A stretch of DNA of 64,000 bases. Source: Halarcobacter sp. (GTDB lineage: Bacteria > Campylobacterota > Campylobacteria > Campylobacterales > Arcobacteraceae). This document shows, piece by piece, positions 60,355 through 64,000 of this stretch. The translations under genes were made by a program, and so were the position numbers. The stretch is taken from the NCBI GenBank assembly GCA_963676565.1, contig OY781089.1, forward strand, positions 832,001 through 896,000. Reading direction: 5' to 3'. Every line of letters begins with the position of its first letter. The first letter of the stretch is position 1. Under the pieces are notes generated by a model. The model was not told where the DNA came from. It saw only the letters and a list, made by a program, of their open reading frames with translations, and searched no databases.

Positions 60355-60891
60355 TTAGTTTTTGCTGTGTTCACCTTTTGGTGTAACATACATATTTACA
60401 AATCTTCCTTCTTGTTTAGGAGCAGCTTCTCTTTGTCCATACTCTTCTAGCATAGGCCATACTCTTTCAAGTACTTCTGCACCAGCTTCAGGATGAGCCA
60501 TTTCTCGACCCTTTAGAAAAACTCTACATTTTACATGATAACCTTTCTCAAGGAATTCAATTGCATGTTTAACTTTATAGTTGATATCATTTTCTGCAAT
60601 TTTAACAGAGAATTTAACCTCTTTAACAACAATGATTTTTTGTTTTTTCTTAGCTTCTTTTTGTTTCTTTTCTTGTTGGTATTTAAATTTACCATAATCC
60701 ATAATTTTAGCAACTGGTGGTTTTCCATCAGGAGCAATAAGAACTAAGTCTAAGCCTAAGTCATCTGCAGTTTGTTGTGCATCTCTTGTTGAAATAATAC
60801 CATAGTTAGTACCATCATCCCCCATACATCTCACTTCACTTGCAGTAATGTTTTCATTCATTATTGCTTCTTGTTTTTTCCCTCTACTCAA
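60355..60891 (-). CDS. infC: Translation initiation factor IF-3
   Basis: [36 protein letters not shown] start overlapping the thrS stop. Confidence 0.97.
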   Translation of the reverse strand: MSRGKKQEAIMNENITASEVRCMGDDGTNYGIISTRDAQQTADDLGLDLVLIAPDGKPPVAKIMDYGKFKYQQEKKQKEAKKKQKIIVVKEVKFSVKIAENDINYKVKHAIEFLEKGYHVKCRVFLKGREMAHPEAGAEVLERVWPMLEEYGQREAAPKQEGRFVNMYVTPKGEHSKN

Positions 60892-62696
60892 ATTTTGCTC
60901 CCATTATTTATATCATTTAACATTTTTATGAACTCATCTTTGCTCATATTTGATTGCTCTCTTTTTCTTCTATCTCTAAGAGCTACAGTTTTATTTTCAA
61001 CCTCTTCATCTCCAAGAACTAAAATCATAGGTACTCTTTTTTTCTCTGCCATTCTAATTCTTTTATTTAATGATTCATTCATATCAAAAACTTCTGAATC
61101 AATATCATCATAAAGTAATTCTTTTTGAATCTGCTTTGCATACTCAACATGTGTATCTGCAATTGGTACAATTATTACTTGTGTAGGTGCAATTACAAAT
61201 GGGAACTCTCCAGCTGTATGTTCTGTTAAAATTCCAATAAATCTTTCAAAAGATCCAAGAATTGCTCTGTGAATCATAACTGGTTGTTCTTTTTCACCTT
61301 TGTCATTGATATATTCCATCTCAAAAGATGTTGGTAAGTTCATATCAACTTGAACAGTACCACATTGCCATTTTCTACCAATAGCATCTAAGATTTTAAT
61401 ATCAATTTTCGGACCATAAAATGCTCCACCACCTTCATCAATTCCATATTCCAAACCTTCTGAATCAAGTGCATTCATAATAGCCTTTGTTGTTGTTTCC
61501 CAGAACTCATCTGAGCCAATAGCTTTTTTAGGTTTTGTTGAAACTTCCATTTCATATTTGAAATCAAATAGTTTCATTAATGAATCAACAAATTCAAGTA
61601 CATCAATAATAACATCTTTTACTTGTGAAGGTAAACAGAAAATATGTGCATCATCTTGAGTAAACTCTCTTACCCTAAACAACCCATGCATTGCTCCACT
61701 TAATTCATGTCTATGAACAACACCATATTCAAAAAATTTCTTTGGTAAGTCTTTATATGATACTAGGTCATTTTTATAAATTTGAATATGACCAACACAG
61801 TTCATAGGTTTGATACCATACTCTTGCTCATCAATAGTAGTGAAATACATATTTTCTTTATAGTTTGCATAGTGACCAGATTTAACCCATTGATTTGCTT
61901 TTAAAATCTCTGGACCACGTACTGGCTCATAACCTCTTACTCTATGCGCTTTATAAAGAAGTTTCTCAAGTTTTCCTCTCAGTCTTGCCCCATTTGGAAG
62001 CCATAAAGGAAGTCCTGCTCCTATATCTTCATTAAACGTAAATAGTTCAAGTTCTGTTCCAAGTTTTCTATGATCTCTTTTTTTAGCTTCTTCAAGCATT
62101 CTTATATAGTCATTTAGCTCTTTTTTATCAAAGAAAGCAATACCATAGATTCTAGTAATCATTTCATTTTCTTCATCACCACCAAGATATGCTCCAGCAA
62201 CTCGTGTAAGTTTAAAAGCTCGAATCATTCTCGTATTTGGTAAATGAGGTCCTCTACATAGGTCTTCAAAGTCACCTTGTTTGTAAACCGTTAGTGTATC
62301 ATCAGTAATATTTTTTAATACAGCTTGTTTTAATTCATCATTAGCAAACTTATTTTCAATCTCTTCTCTAGACTCTTGAAATCTTTCAATAGGAAGTTTT
62401 CTATTTGCAATCTCTTTCATCTTCTTTTCAATGGTTGGAAGATCTTCATCTGAGATTTTCGAATCTACTTTAAAATCGTAATAGAACCCTTCTTTTACAA
62501 CAGGCCCTACAAAGAATTTTGCTTCAGGGTATAACTCTTTGATAGCTTGCGCCATCATGTGAGCACATGAGTGTCTGAGAATCTCAAGAGACTCAGGCGA
62601 ATTATCAGCTTTAATTTCATCACCAGTGATGTTTAAAGCTTCAGCAGTCTGAAGGTCATATATATTCCCTTCACTTAAAACACCAATTTGTTCCAA
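60888..62696 (-). CDS. thrS: Threonine--tRNA ligase
   Basis: [55 protein letters not shown] start. Confidence 0.97.
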   Translation of the reverse strand: MEQIGVLSEGNIYDLQTAEALNITGDEIKADNSPESLEILRHSCAHMMAQAIKELYPEAKFFVGPVVKEGFYYDFKVDSKISDEDLPTIEKKMKEIANRKLPIERFQESREEIENKFANDELKQAVLKNITDDTLTVYKQGDFEDLCRGPHLPNTRMIRAFKLTRVAGAYLGGDEENEMITRIYGIAFFDKKELNDYIRMLEEAKKRDHRKLGTELELFTFNEDIGAGLPLWLPNGARLRGKLEKLLYKAHRVRGYEPVRGPEILKANQWVKSGHYANYKENMYFTTIDEQEYGIKPMNCVGHIQIYKNDLVSYKDLPKKFFEYGVVHRHELSGAMHGLFRVREFTQDDAHIFCLPSQVKDVIIDVLEFVDSLMKLFDFKYEMEVSTKPKKAIGSDEFWETTTKAIMNALDSEGLEYGIDEGGGAFYGPKIDIKILDAIGRKWQCGTVQVDMNLPTSFEMEYINDKGEKEQPVMIHRAILGSFERFIGILTEHTAGEFPFVIAPTQVIIVPIADTHVEYAKQIQKELLYDDIDSEVFDMNESLNKRIRMAEKKRVPMILVLGDEEVENKTVALRDRRKREQSNMSKDEFIKMLNDINNGSKI

Positions 62697-62806
62697 TAAT
62701 TTCCTTTTTTTAGTTTATTTTTCGTAAATTTGCTACATTTTATCTTAAATGAACTTAAATTTATTCTTAAGTGTTATTTTTCAATATATTTTTGATAGAA
62801 TTAATT

Positions 62807-63319
62807 ATGATTTTAAATTTATCTAAAATAAAAACAGAGAGCTTATTATTGTTTTGTAAAGATTTAATTGCATCTTATAAAGATAAAGATGAAGTTATTT
62901 TTGAAATTGATGAAGATATAAATAATTATATTAATGATATTTCAAATGAGATGTATAAACAAATAGAAAAATGTACTTTCCCAAATGAACATTATATAAA
63001 TAATAGAAACCATTATAGAATTAAGGCTGTTTTACAAGGATATAACTTTATTAATAAAAGAGTTTCAAAAGAGCTTGAAAATGGAAAGCTATTTAATCCT
63101 GCAATGTTATATTTTTCAATGCTTGCAGTTTGGTTTAAAGAATTAGATAAAGAATCAAAATCAAAAGAATATATCTACTTTACAATATATCCATATGCAA
63201 ATGTTTACGACAAACTATTACTTAATATAAAAGATGAAAAATTTAAAAGATTAAATATTGAAATGATAGAGTTAGCCGAAAAAGTTGTTTTTGACTTAGA
63301 TAAGGTTTCTTTTAGATAA
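62807..63319 (+). CDS. Hypothetical protein
   Basis: Long open frame with protein-like composition; ATG 62807 preferred over GTG 62771. Confidence 0.65.
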   Translation: MILNLSKIKTESLLLFCKDLIASYKDKDEVIFEIDEDINNYINDISNEMYKQIEKCTFPNEHYINNRNHYRIKAVLQGYNFINKRVSKELENGKLFNPAMLYFSMLAVWFKELDKESKSKEYIYFTIYPYANVYDKLLLNIKDEKFKRLNIEMIELAEKVVFDLDKVSFR

Positions 63320-63326
63320 AAGATAA

Positions 63327-63357
63327 ATAAAAAGAGGAAAACCTCTTTTTATTTTTT
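63327..63357. terminator. Bidirectional terminator between convergent genes
   Basis: ataaaaagagg-aaaa-cctctttttat with flanking A/T runs. Confidence 0.7.
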
Positions 63358-63365
63358 ATAAATTC

Positions 63366-63998
63366 TTAGAATTTATATCTTACGTAAGCTCTGATGTCAG
63401 TTGCTTCTGTAACTGCTCCTGCAACAGTATTTACATCCTGTGGAGTTCCATCTGCACCAAAGAAAGAATTAGAACCTGTATAATCATAATTTATATTAGT
63501 ATAGCTTAAGCCCCAAGATAATGCATTGTTGATTTTTTGATTTCTATAAATCTCCCATGCTGTACCTCTTGCTGCAATTTTACTTCCTGCATATGTATCT
63601 TCACCATAAGTCATAGATCTCCAGTATTTAGAACCCTTGTTCCACTCAACTCCAATTCTAGCTGAATTAGGAGAAATAGGGCATGGTGCATTAATCCCTA
63701 TCCAATATGAATGACCTGTTTCAGAATCAGTTGAACCTAACATTCCTCCTGGAACATTTGCATTTGGATCAGTCTTCGACATTGCATATGATGCAAATAT
63801 TGTAGTATCATCTAAATAATCAGATATACCATCTCCTATACCATAAGCTTTAAAAAGAATAGTTGCATAATCAATATCTCCCACTGATTTAAAAGAAGGT
63901 ATTGCCATTTGCATTGCATATGCATTTGCAGCTGTAGGTGTAGTCATATATGTTTGGTATGCTGTATTAAATGAAGTTAATGAGGCACCATCAAATCC
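63366..63998 (-). CDS. C-terminal part of a DUF3373-like outer membrane beta-barrel protein (5' end outside the window)
   Basis: Frame open to the window edge; GSKYWRSMTYGEDT, GSKIAARG, and a terminal beta-signal (YVRYKF). Confidence 0.7.
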   Translation of the reverse strand, partial: GFDGASLTSFNTAYQTYMTTPTAANAYAMQMAIPSFKSVGDIDYATILFKAYGIGDGISDYLDDTTIFASYAMSKTDPNANVPGGMLGSTDSETGHSYWIGINAPCPISPNSARIGVEWNKGSKYWRSMTYGEDTYAGSKIAARGTAWEIYRNQKINNALSWGLSYTNINYDYTGSNSFFGADGTPQDVNTVAGAVTEATDIRAYVRYKF

Positions 63999-64000
63999 AA

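Noticed and set aside
1..64000. CRISPR arrays, tRNA/rRNA, IS elements, prophage or defence genes
   Set aside because: No spaced direct repeats, cloverleafs, transposase/integrase or nuclease motifs were seen, and intergenic spaces are all under about 300 nt. This is a by-eye negative

Overview
A very AT-rich, gene-dense chromosomal window. Gene content and protein style point to Campylobacterota, most likely Arcobacteraceae (an inference). Left to right it holds: (1) the 3' end of a giant Ig/cadherin-repeat surface protein, followed by two membrane-fusion (HlyD-like) genes, one fused to a site-2 (M50) protease, with no ABC ATPase in view; (2) housekeeping and metabolic genes (hisIE, SPFH protein, ilvE, metH, luxS, single-chain PFOR), plus a coupled YbdK/GCS2 ligase and cytoplasmic GGT pair and a two-domain hemerythrin; (3) an orphan multi-PAS/GAF kinase and rplM-rpsI; (4) a full Pho island, pstS-[EAL-CBS-GGDEF]-pstCAB-phoU-phoB-phoR, with two readable Pho boxes; (5) prfA, rpsT, glmM, lspA, leuC and mobA; (6) a ~10 kb periplasmic sulfur-redox cluster (Tat-exported type II-like SQR, three c-type/b-type cytochromes, PsrABC/PhsABC-like molybdoenzyme, triple rhodanese); (7) thrS-infC-rpmI-rplT and a truncated DUF3373-like outer membrane gene. 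No rRNA, tRNA, CRISPR array, transposase or phage gene was seen. Non-coding signals include an ERIC/MITE-like palindrome after metH, a structured leader before a methyltransferase, a candidate L20 leader, three candidate leaderless genes and an OmpR-type tandem site. The strongest candidate for a poorly described system is the adhesin + GAF-like/MFP + RRE-like/M50/MFP locus. All calls come from reading motifs by eye; no database search was run.
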